Below, one piece after another: positions 50,185-61,100 of a stretch of 64,000 nucleotides of DNA. The notes below the pieces were generated by a model. That model saw only the letters and a program-made list of their open reading frames with translations. It did no database searches and had not been told where the DNA came from. The stretch comes from Cyanophora paradoxa CCMP329 (lineage: Eukaryota; Plantae; Glaucophyta): contig QPMI01000278.1 in NCBI GenBank assembly GCA_004431415.1, positions 1 to 64,000 on the forward strand, read 5' to 3'. The position numbers and the translations under genes are program-made. The stretch's first letter is position 1; every line of letters begins with the position of its first letter.

Positions 50185-52234
50185 ACCAGCGATCAACTTC
50201 CATAGCATGCGCACACATATCTTCTGAAGTTCTCAGAGCAAGGACTAGCCTCGTGCGTCGTGTCTGCACACTGGCACCACGATAGCGCTCTCGTTCACTA
50301 CTTTGGTCCTCTGCATCATTGCATGCTCTGCAAATGGATCCTCTGGGCGTCTTCCAAAATCTGGCTTCCGAAGTTCAGCCAGTGCCGACGCTAGCGCTGT
50401 GGTATTGGCAGAAACGTGAAGGAAACGATGGTCCAGACTATGACTCAGTGAACGGAACAGGGGCACTGTGACACTGCTGTCGCAGCGGCCCTGCTGGAGG
50501 GGAAGGACCCGTGACCTCTAAGTTCTGAGCAGGAAAGGGCAGGTTTAGCTGTAGCCTAGTAGGTTACAATTACGTACTACCGTAGTACGGTACACACAGT
50601 AGAATTTGAGCAGGCCTAGGCACGCAATGCTTCCTCTGATATCGATCATGAGACTTGGAAGCCTTGAAGGGGGGCGACATGCTGAAGACGATATCGATGC
50701 TCTGCCCTATTCTATCCTATACGATGGGGGGGGCGGGGGGGGGGGGGGGGGGAGGGGGAGGGAGGGGCCGGGAGGAGGGCTCTTGTGGGCTGGGTGAAGC
50801 CTCTTGAAGAGAAAGGAAAGAAGAGAGGGGTGGAAAAGGGTCTCGGAGGCCAATGAATTGAAGCTAGCTGTCTCGGCCCGAGTGCCCGCCGCTAGACCAC
50901 CACCACCGCCGCCTGGAGCGCGAGGAAGCGTGCGATGAAGATACATCCGAGCTCTGCCCGGTCCGATTTCCGAAAGGCTTAGTCCCCGTAGGCTTATCTC
51001 TCGACTTGACACAGATGGACACCTTAGTTATATCTCTAGCCATTTGTCTCGGTGTGTGCGAATTCATTTATAAAGGGCCTCTTCCAAAATCTTGCTTCAG
51101 CCAGTGCCGCTGTGGTATTGGCAGAAACGTGAAGGAAACGATGGTCCAGAATATGAGACAAAGTAAAAATACTGTCAGCACCTAAAACGAGAATATCTAT
51201 CTCACGAGATGCGAAGTCCACGTGACAAGCGAATGACGGCGGGGGTCGCAAGGGCTACCCCCAAACCACGGAGGTATTTGTTGTCCAAGAATTCGCCTGC
51301 AGTACAGAACAAACCTGACAAGTTGAGGAGAAATTCACCCCGAAGGTCGGCGTTTGACTGCCATGAAGCGCTTCAGTTTATCGGGCAAGTCCATGATGAA
51401 GTCCACGGTTCTATCAAGAGCATTGTCGAACCACCCCCAACGTGCCTAAACATAGCAAGACAGCGCTGGTTGGATACTAGAAGGAGAGAAAAAGAACAGG
51501 CTGGGGAGGGTGGCAAGCACCTGTTCAAGTTTGACGCCTTGCTTCACGCCTTGCTTCACGCCTTGCTTCACGCCTTGCTTCACGCCTTGCTTCACGCCTT
51601 GCTTCACGCCTTGCTTCACGCCTTGCTCCATACCTTGCTTGAAGAGAGCGGCCTCGCGGGGCGTGCGGGGCTGCAGGCTCTCGGTTTTCCCTTCGTCCTA
51701 GTAACTGTGTTAATGCGAGCGCGCACTGGCGCGCAATGCAAGGACAGCTGGAAGCGCCGCGGACGACGCGGACCTGGTGCTGTGCATTTTCAGCTGGCTT
51801 GCCAGATGAGTTGCGGGCCGTGACTCTGCGAGGCTGCAGAAGATCTTACGCTTAATTAACCGTATCCTCGATCTCCCAGGGAAGGCTCGCAAGCGCACAG
51901 ATACCTGCTGCAGTCTGCTGGCGCGCTGCTTGACCGGAGGGCTGTCGCCGTGGAACCACTGCTGACCTGTGATTCAAATATCCCGCATTGGCGCACGCGG
52001 GTGAACGTGCCAAACTTCCATGCGCCGCCGGCGGTTCCAGGCACCTTCACCACCTCCGCGAAGCAGAGGAGGGCGCGGAACTTTCTCCATGAAGAAAACT
52101 TCTGATTGCAGACATTTAACAACTAAATCGAAGCGTTTAAAGCGCTGGTCCCGCTGGAAGCTCACACCTGCGGGTCCATCGAATATCCGATTGCAAGGAG
52201 GCGGCGAATACGAAAAACCGCGGGCGACGTCCAT
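50185..52234 (-). CDS. Putative spliced gene of unknown function, copy B, with (KQGV)n tract
   Basis: Candidate start MDVARGFSYSPP at 52234. A 12-bp in-frame repeat occurs 8 times at 51534-51629. The model is not resolved. Confidence 0.3.
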
Positions 52235-52524
52235 GTGATTATATCTGCGCGCTTCCATGTGCTTCTGCAGAAGGCTTGCCTCTGACAACCGGAACGCACC
52301 GTCTACGGAGATGCAAGGACAGCCCGAGCGCCCTGAAAGAAGAACACGCTAGATGGAATGTCTCGGCGCTCAAGGCGCTTTTGGTTGAGGAAGCTGCGCT
52401 CAACTACGCTCAGCAGCACCGCCGGACTCCGAATGCCGACTCGGTCGGTACCCCCCGGGGGCAGAGCAGTGAGAGCACTGAGAGCAGTGGGCCCAGGGCC
52501 CAGACTTCGCTCAAGTTCGCTGAG

Positions 52525-53066
52525 ATGAGGAGACCGGCGCTGGCGTTCGCGCTGTTGATAGTAGCGGTAGCGCTGGTGTACAGGGCGGAAGCGGCGGTGC
52601 AGCGGACTCCGGCAAGCCCGGAGGCGAAGGAAGTCGTCGAGGCGCGAGAGTTCGCGGTGCGTCCGACGTCCCAGCCGCGTGAGATCGACGTGCGGGGCGT
52701 CTGCTGGGTCTCTGATGGCTCGCGGCGTTGCGCAGCTGGCGGAGATCCGCAAGCTTTGCGCCTATTGCAGCGAGGCGTGGGACCAGTCGTACAGGAACCT
52801 CGCCATCACGCAGATCCACTCTGTAGAGACTGCGCCATCGGCGTTCCGCGACGGGCAGAACTACTTCTTCAAGCTGGACCTCGAGACGAAAGAGCCTGGG
52901 ACGTACAAGGGGACGCACAGCGTGATCGTCTTCTCGAAGGAGGACGGCGGCTACAAGGGCATCAGCATCGACGAGTTCCCCCAGATCAACTACGAGGAGG
53001 TGCCCGCGGCGCGCCTGTGCTCTCCTCCCGCTGCTCACTGCGCCCGCGCAGGTTTACCCACTATGA
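52525..53066 (+). CDS. Small secreted cystatin-fold-like protein, copy B (intact, 3 exons)
   Basis: Signal peptide; EVVEAREFA|LAEIRKLCAYC..GQNYFFKLDLE..SVIVFSKEDGGYKGISIDEFPQINYEE|VYPL*. Confidence 0.65.
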
Positions 53067-53468
53067 TCCTGCTTTGCTTGTGGGTGCTTCTGTGTACATA
53101 GTGTATCGTTCCGCTCTTTCGGTGTCCTGCGGGCGAGCATGGCTCAAGAGCAGGGCGGGTAGGCCAAGTGGTTCCGGTGCACATCATGGCATCTGCGCCG
53201 CGGCCGGCACCGGTACCGGCCTCTGCAGTCGCTCATTCGCTTGCACGGCTATTCGAGCTGCCGGTGTCGTGCCAGTTTGGCTTGAACTCGAGGAACGAGC
53301 GCAGATTGAGCGATGCTCCCGCAGCCGGTCGTGCCGCCTTCCGTGTGCGCCCCAACACATCATGGCACGAGAGGCGCCGGCTATGCATATATCTATGGGT
53401 GGATAAACCTTGGTGAAACGAGCTAAAGGGGTGGGTGCCCCTGGGGGGAGGGGGCGGGGGGGCCGTCC

Positions 53469-54023
53469 TCAGCCGGAGGACTCGTCCATCTTGCCCTCCT
53501 CCTTCTCCTCCTTTTCCTCCTTGCCTTCCCCTCGTCCGGGTTGTAGCGCTCCGACGTCTTCACGCCCGGCGCCTGCGCGGCCGCCGTTCAGAGAAAAAGA
53601 GGGGCAGGCGCGGGGCGAGGGTGGCCGGGGGCGCGCCGAGGGCCGCGGCGTCATCTCCTTGCCCTCATCGTCGCTCTCCTCGTCCTTCTTCTCCTCGCCC
53701 TCGCCCTGCGCCGCCGGCCGTCAGCCGCCGCCGCGGGGGGCGGGCGCGGGCGCCGCGCCCCTGCGGCGATGTCCTCCTTAGAAAGCTGCGGACCGCGCGG
53801 CCGAAGAAGGATGTAGTGAGAGGACTCGGTCAGCGGTCGGGCGGCGACTCGGCGCTCGGGCGCGGCGCGTCCGCGGGAGAGGCCCGCCCGCAACGAGATC
53901 GACCGGAGAGATGTTGTAGAGCGCTCCGCGTGCGCGCTGCCGCCGGGCGCTCTCGAAGGTGCAAGGAATCCGCACGCCGCCGGCCGGCCAGCGCGGAGCC
54001 GAGTCAGAACGAGCCCTAAGCAT
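53469..54023 (-). CDS. Small spliced gene with acidic/lysine-rich tail, copy B
   Basis: Duplicate of 30710-31265. Confidence 0.35.
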
Positions 54024-55180
54024 GCGCGACCCTTTCAACTTCCTTTTCTGCGCGAGGAACGACGCGCGGCGCCGCACCTGGGCGCCCGGCTGTCGCTTGT
54101 CCGAGGTGCGCCGACGCAGGAGGAGCCCAAGACGCTGAATCCGATGGTTGTGAGCTATCCACGTCGGAAAAGGTCGCCGGTGCAAGTTTGGTTGAGGACT
54201 CCGGCGTCCGCTCGGCTGCTGCTGGCCGCTCGGACGTGCGGACCGCAAACCTGCATGTTGGGACGGCCGAAACGCTCCCTGTGGTAGCGATCGGCGATAG
54301 TCAGCGGCTATCGGCCTGCGATCGGCGATCGGCGATAGTCAGCGGCACTGTTGATTATGCGCATCACGAGCGCACCGAGAGTATCTCCGCTCCTTACGGA
54401 GGTCGGCTGAGCAACTGTGCCTGCGAGCAGACGGGCCCAGGCCGGCCGCGTGGCGCGTCCAGCATGCTGAGCGACTGTGTGCCTGCGAGCAGAGATCTCC
54501 GGGAGCAGACGGGCCTGCGAGCAGCTGTGCCGGCCGCATCGGTCGCCGGGGAGCTAGCTAGCGCGTCCAGCTACCCCCCTGGTGCTTCTCATACGTATAC
54601 GTGTTCTGTGCTCTCCCGGTCATCCGCCCGAATCGCATGGGCCAGGCTCATCCGTATATACGTACCCCGATCTTCTTGTGATGATGCGGTCATCGGGTCG
54701 CTCCGATTCAGCAGGCTGGGAGCGGCGTACGCGTACTATATAGCTACGGCGATCGGCCTGGCGGGGTTCATCATGATCAGGCTGCAGCGCTAGTTATAGC
54801 CGATCATCGCAATCCGGAGGGCCGCGCACTGCAGCCGCGGCCGCACTTCAGAGGCCCAGTCTCTCGCGGACTACTAGGCCGAGTCGAATCAGCTGTCGGA
54901 CGGTCTCTTGCGAATCAGCTACAGTCGGTGATCAGCTGCAGCCGAGTCGAACCAGCTGTCGATCAGCCGAGTCGAACCAGCTGTCGATCAGCCGATCGCG
55001 AGTCAAGCAGCTGTCGCGCGATCGATCAGCCGAGCCGAACCAGCTGTAGCTGTCGGACGGTCTCGAGCTCTCGCAAATTCTTCAGCCTAGGCCTACTGGT
55101 ACCGGTACCGGCCGCGGGCCTGCAGCTGGCCCTAGGCCTGCAGCTGGCAGCTGTGCTGTAACGCGGCGATCGCGACATAA

Positions 55181-58100
55181 ATGGGCTCCGGCGCCAGCAA
55201 AAGCAAATCCGCGGCCGCCGAGGAGCTCGAGCTTCCGGTCGGTCACGAGACAGCGGCAGCTTCAGCTGCATGCGCAGCCGAAGATGCTGCGCCTGGCTCG
55301 GCGCCTGCAGCAATCGCAAGCGTTCGCGCATCCGATCCTCGATCGGATAGCGACAGTACGTATACAGCCGAGTCGAACCAGCAACGCGTACGCGTACGGC
55401 TCTACGGCATATGCGGGCCGGACGAGCTGCGAGGAATCGACCGGGTGGAAAAGGTGCAATCCGTGGCGCAGCTTGCGTGCCTGCTTCGGTCGGAGCGCGA
55501 GCGCGAGCAAATCAAAGGCGCGGGCAAGGACCCAGTCCCGGAGATGCTGCCGGCGGTCGCCGAGATGGAGCGCAGAGAGAAGCCTGTAGTAGGAGGGCTG
55601 AAGAAAATCTGCGAGGCTGGTGTGTGTGCGCGCGCAGCGCGCGGCGGCGTGACTGACCGCTTCCCTCGCGCGGCGCGCGATGTCGACAGTGGTGAACGCC
55701 TTCTCTAACGAGCAGACACTGTGCGATGAGGGCGAGCTGACGGAGGTCGGCGCGCTGGTCCTCACGGGCGACCCTGACCTCTGCCGCATGGTCCGCATCC
55801 CCGGCCCGCGCCGCGCGCCCCGCCGCCGGCGCGCCGACGCGCGCGCGCTGCCTCAGCTCGTGGATGCGATCGTCAGACGGGCGGAAAGGGCGCACCTGAA
55901 GGACCGGGCAGCACTCTCCGTGCTGGCGGCCCTCGTGGGGCACCTCCCCCCGGCCACCCTCTTTCCCGAAGACTGGAATAGACTCCTCGCCTTCAGCGCA
56001 AAGCAGGCGAGCGCGCCGCGCCGCGCCGCCGCGGGCGGGCGCGGGCGATGACGGCGGGCGCAGGTGACGGGATTGGACGCGAGCAGCGTCGACGCCCAAG
56101 TCTCCCTCGCGCTCACCGCCGCCGTCCTCGCCGCCGTCGAGTCCATCAAGGACCCCGACGCCTCCTCCGCCGGCCCCTCCGCCGGCCCCTCCGCCGGCCC
56201 CTCCGCCGCCCACTCCGGCGGCCCCTCCGGCGCTGCCGTCGCGTACGAGGCCCCCGCCGCGGCCGCTGCAGGTCGGCACGGGCGCCCCTCTCGCAGTGCC
56301 GCCCGACCCCCGACCCGCCTGAGCGCAGGGGATCGCGATCAGCTGCTGCTGGGCTCGAAGGATGCGACGTCGCTGAGAGAAAAGCTCGAGCATCTCGTGC
56401 AACAGACGCGGGAGAAGAAGCTTTGGCGGGCGGAGGCGGCGGCGGTGCTCGCCAGGCAGGCGCTCGTGGGCGTCGCTGAGCGAGGCGAGAGCTTGGGGGA
56501 CTGGGTTCGCAGGGGCAAGGCCGCCGGTTCGAGCCCCGACTCGCCGGCCGCGCGCGCACCGCCAGGCCTGGCCACGGGGCCTCCGATGGCGCAGGGGACT
56601 TAGAGCTTGCCGCGCAGGGCGGATCCTGAAGAAGCTCTACTCGGTCGGGAAGGTCATCGCGGGGGGCATCTCCTCGATGGGCGCGACAACCGTCATCGAC
56701 CTCCTCCTGTGGTTCAAGGTCCGCCGGCCGCGGGCTCGAGCTCCCGTCTGTGACAGCTTCGGCGTTGACGGCCGGGCAGGATCTAGCGACTGAAGACGAG
56801 AAGGGGGGCGCCCTGGAGGCCGTACGAGAGCTGTGGAAAGACGTCCGCACCGTCGTCGGCAGGGATCCGCAGGGCGAAGCGCGGCAGGACTGGTCCGCCG
56901 CGGAGCTCGTGGGGACGTGCGGGGCGTACGCACGCGCTCACGCCAGGGGTGCAGGTACGGGCCGGCGCGGCTGCTGGGCCTGGTGGCGGCGAGCGGCCGG
57001 ATCGCAGATCTGCAGGACCTGTTGACCAGCCGCGAGGGCGAGGACCGCAAGGCACGCCTCGACGCCTGCGCGACCTGCCGCCCTCTCGCCCTCGCCCTGG
57101 CGTCCGCCCTCGTCAACGTGCGTGCCCGTCCTGCACGCTCCTGGAGCAGCGCTAGCGCGGCACGGCTGCGGACGTCCGCGGGGGGGCGGGCAGGTCGCGG
57201 AGGGTCGAGACGACGAGCAGGCGGCGGCGGCGGTGGATCTGCTCAACCAGCTCGCGCTGCGGGCGGAGCAGCTCGGCGGTGCAGACGGAGTGGAGGTAGC
57301 GGCCGGGGCCCTTGCGCACGTGGCGAGGATGCAGGGCGGAGGAGGCGTGGTGCAGGAGGCGAGGGCGGCGCTGCAGAAGCTGGCGGAGCGCGTGGCGGCG
57401 ATGCAGCTGCAGACGACGGCAGTCAACGTTGGCTGCCTCATGTCGTTCGCAAGGCAGTCGAAGGCGGCCGCGAAGCGCGCCGCGGGGGTGCTTAGCTGCG
57501 CTGGCGACGCCATGGCAGCGGTTGGCATCGACGGAGGAGCGCAAGTGGCAAAGTTTGGGGAGACCGTTCAATGCGCCCTGGACAACGAGCATGTGAAGAA
57601 CGTGCTGGCGGCTGTCAACGCCATCCACGGGTCCGCACTGCAGCTGTCCAGAGGCTCGTCCTCTCGACCGCAGGTCCCAGAGCTGCCGCCCAACCTCCCT
57701 CGGGCTCTGCAACTCGTCGCGGCCCCGCGTGCACTGGCGGTCGCAGGTCGGGCCGTGGGGGGCGAGGAGCAGGGAGCTCGAGGGGGCGACGGGGACACGG
57801 CCACGGGGGCGCGAGCCGCGGCGAAGTTCAGGCTCAACACGTACCTTGCACGAGCGCTGAAGGAGTACGAGGACGCGGTGCGGCCCGCCGACGTCGCGAT
57901 CGCCGCTGCGATGCATCGTCTCTGACGGGCGCTCGCGGCGTCGGCTCCGGAGCAGTTGGCCGCCTGGATGCGGTCCGCGTCGGCAAAGAGCGTTCACATC
58001 CACGGGCACGAGGACGACATCAACAAGGCCGAATGGATCATCAACAGCCTCTCCGACAATCTCTGGTGAGACGCCCGCCGCCGCCGCCGCTTCTTCACGA

Positions 58101-61100
58101 TCACGAGCCATCGCAGCGGATCGACTCGGCACTCGCGTCTTCGCGGCTGCAATAGCAGCTGCATGGGGACGGTCTTTGTGCTCGTTGCGGGCTCCGCGAC
58201 GGTCCGAGATGCCACCTGCGTAAAGGCTGTCGATGAGGGTGCGGCGGGTCGCCCGACTCGCGCCCGGCTGGCCCATGCCACCTTCTCACAGCGCCTGCAG
58301 CGATTGAGGCCGGGCACGATGTCTTCCAGCTGTACCCAGAAGGGGCGCAAACGGCGCTGCAGCTGTTTCCGGATGGCATTGAAATGCGCCTCAGTCGCTT
58401 TGTACACGTCCGCCAATTTGCTGTTAATATTGCAGGCGCCGCTCTTGATACAGTTCGCGCTTTAATTTTTCTTCCCTGCAGCTGGATACGGATGCGGATG
58501 GATCTCCGGAACCCGTGGAGGCTTTTCTGAGCGCCGTGCAGAGGGCCTACTCCACACCCCGGCCAACGCCCTCGCTGGCCACCAAACCGCTGTACCAGTG
58601 GCAGCCGGCCAGCAGCGGTGGAGTGCAGCCGCAGCCGCCCACGGGGGCACCTGAGTGGGTCCTCGCGGAGCCTGCAGCTGCTGCCCGCCTGAAGGGCACG
58701 CGAGTCTTCTTTTGCCACACAACGGCGCCCGAGGATGTGGTGGCCGTTCAACGGCACATGATCTCTCTGGACGCACATGCCAACATGGCCTGCTGGTGCC
58801 CCCGCCCCCGCCGTCGCGCGCAACGCTCGCCCATGCAACCGTCCTGTCCTGCAGGTCCTACGTGGAGCACTGGCTGAAGGGCGAGCGCTGGGTCGATGTC
58901 GGTGCGTGCGGGCGACTGCGCTCACTATGCCGCTCATTTCTTCGTATGCACCGCTTGCGTCGTGCAGTGGCCCGGGCTATCCGCAACTGCACACACTTTG
59001 TCCTCGCCGTCCCCCCCAAGCTTCAGAACCGCCAGCTGCGGGTGCATCCCCCCTTTCTGAGCGATTTCACCAATCGCCCAACGCCACAGCAGCACTGCGA
59101 GGAGGAGTTCTCGTACGCGTGCAGCCAGAACTGCTGGCTCGTCGTGCTGCACCTGAAGCAGCAGGGGCCCGGGGGCGGTACGACACGCAAGGACGTCTCG
59201 TGGATCAGCAAGCACCTCGAGCGCGTGCCGCCCGAGCGCGTGCTCACGATTCCGGCCTCGTCGGACCCGACCGCGCTCGCCCGCGCCCTGGGCGCCGAGC
59301 CGCAAGCCGCCGGAGGCCACGCGGCCGCCTTCGAGCGGCGGGTGGAGCTGGGCGCCCCTCCCTCGGAGGTGCGCGCACCCTCGGCCCTTCAGTTGCCCGG
59401 AAGGCCAACGTGTCATGCAGGCAGATGCACTGCGGTGGACCGAAGCAGACGTCTTCAACTGGGCCCGCTTGCAAGAGCCCCTCGCACCGTGCGTCTCGCA
59501 GGGGCGCCGGCGGCACTGCACTTCTTGACCATAGCCGGTAGTTTTGCGGGGAAGCTTTCCCTTCTGAACGGGAGGAAGCTTCTTTCACTCTCCGACTCCG
59601 CTCTGGAACAGCTCGGCTTCGATCAGGTCGCAGCGCGCTGGTATCTCCTATCGAAGATTGCCGCTCTGTCCAAGCTCGCGCTGGCCGGCTGTGACAGAAA
59701 GGTGCAGCGAAGCTATAGAGTAGCTATAGTGATGGTCGACGTGAATATTAATGCTGCAGCTGACTCCGCAGTGCAGAAAGAGGTGCTCTGCTGGACTGAG
59801 GAGGAAGTGGTGGAGTGGGTGAAATCGATCGGAAGTCTCGCGCAGTGAGCGCCAGCGTTGCCAGCGACATCCCAATCTCTCTCGCGAGGCTCGATGCCAA
59901 GCGCTCGCGATCGCAGGTTTGCGGGGCTCTTCTCCATGGTGTCGGGATCGATGCTGCTCTCCCTCTCCAATGCGGACCTTGGGCACCTGGGCGTGGCGAG
60001 CTTCGCGGCTCGGCAGCACCTGCTCCAGAAGATTGCCGGGCTCGACCCCGGGCCCCTTCCCCTTCCCTCTTCGTCAGAGCCCGCGGAGGCGACGCCGGCC
60101 AGTGAAGGCAGCACGGGCGGCGCCGCGGGCGTTGTGGAGCTCGACGAGCACAGGGCGCTGGTTCAAAATGCCCGCACCCCGCGCTGCCGTCTGCCCTTCT
60201 AGATCTGCACCCCCAGACTCACATGCGCGCGCCGCAGTACGCGAAGGCGGTCTCCGCGGAGCTCTCGCGCGACCAGGACCTGGCGCTCTACGTCCCGCCC
60301 CTCGCCACGCCGGACCCCAAGCTGCGCACGCCGCCCGAGGTGCCCCCCATCAAATCCGAATCCGTTGCCACCGTGTTCGCAAGGCGAGCGCTCTGACCAC
60401 GAGCTCGGACCGCAGGACCTGCACGAGGCGGTCGAGCGGTTCCTCGCGGCGCTGCTGCCCGGCCAGCCCCGCGGCCCCGAGACGAAGCGCGTGCTCCTGC
60501 TCCTCGGCGGGGCCGGCACCTCCAAGAGCACCTTCCTCCGCTTCCTGCACCGCGACGCCTGCGAGCGCTGGGCGAGAAGCGAGCACCAAGGCGCCAGCGG
60601 CAGGCGCCTGCCGCTCGTCTTGCACGTCTCGCTGCCGCAGCTCGCCGGCGTGACTGGCGGCGTACAGACAGGGCTTCGCAAGCACGTCGAGACCAAGCTC
60701 GGAATCGCCACAGACAACCTGCAGCTGCCAGCGCTTCGAAAAAAGTGCTCGCCAGCGCGCGCCAAATTTTAGACGAGCTCCGCTCTTTTGAGCTGTAAAG
60801 GGGGCGTCAGGTTCGGGCTCGTCCTCCTGCTCGACGGGTACGACGAAATGGGCACGATCGCGACGAATGGCATCAATCTGTGGCAAACAAACGGCCTGTC
60901 GGGGTGGGCAGACGGCGCCATCCTGGCGTGTAGAACGGAATTTCTTGCGTCTCTGCCCAAGAACAAATCGCCCGAGGTGACAGACTCTGAAAGCGCTAGC
61001 CGCGGTCTCTCGAACTCGCGCACTCATAAATTAATGAACAATAGGATTGCTTTGCGCCTACGGGGGAGGACAGCAAGCCCGCCGGCGCCGTGAGAGGGCT

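Larger units (their letters stand above)
36788..56396. repeat. Tandem segmental duplication, unit B (contains the LINE)
   Basis: Begins with the sequence of 22863 and runs on into the intact NLR-like gene. Confidence 0.95.
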
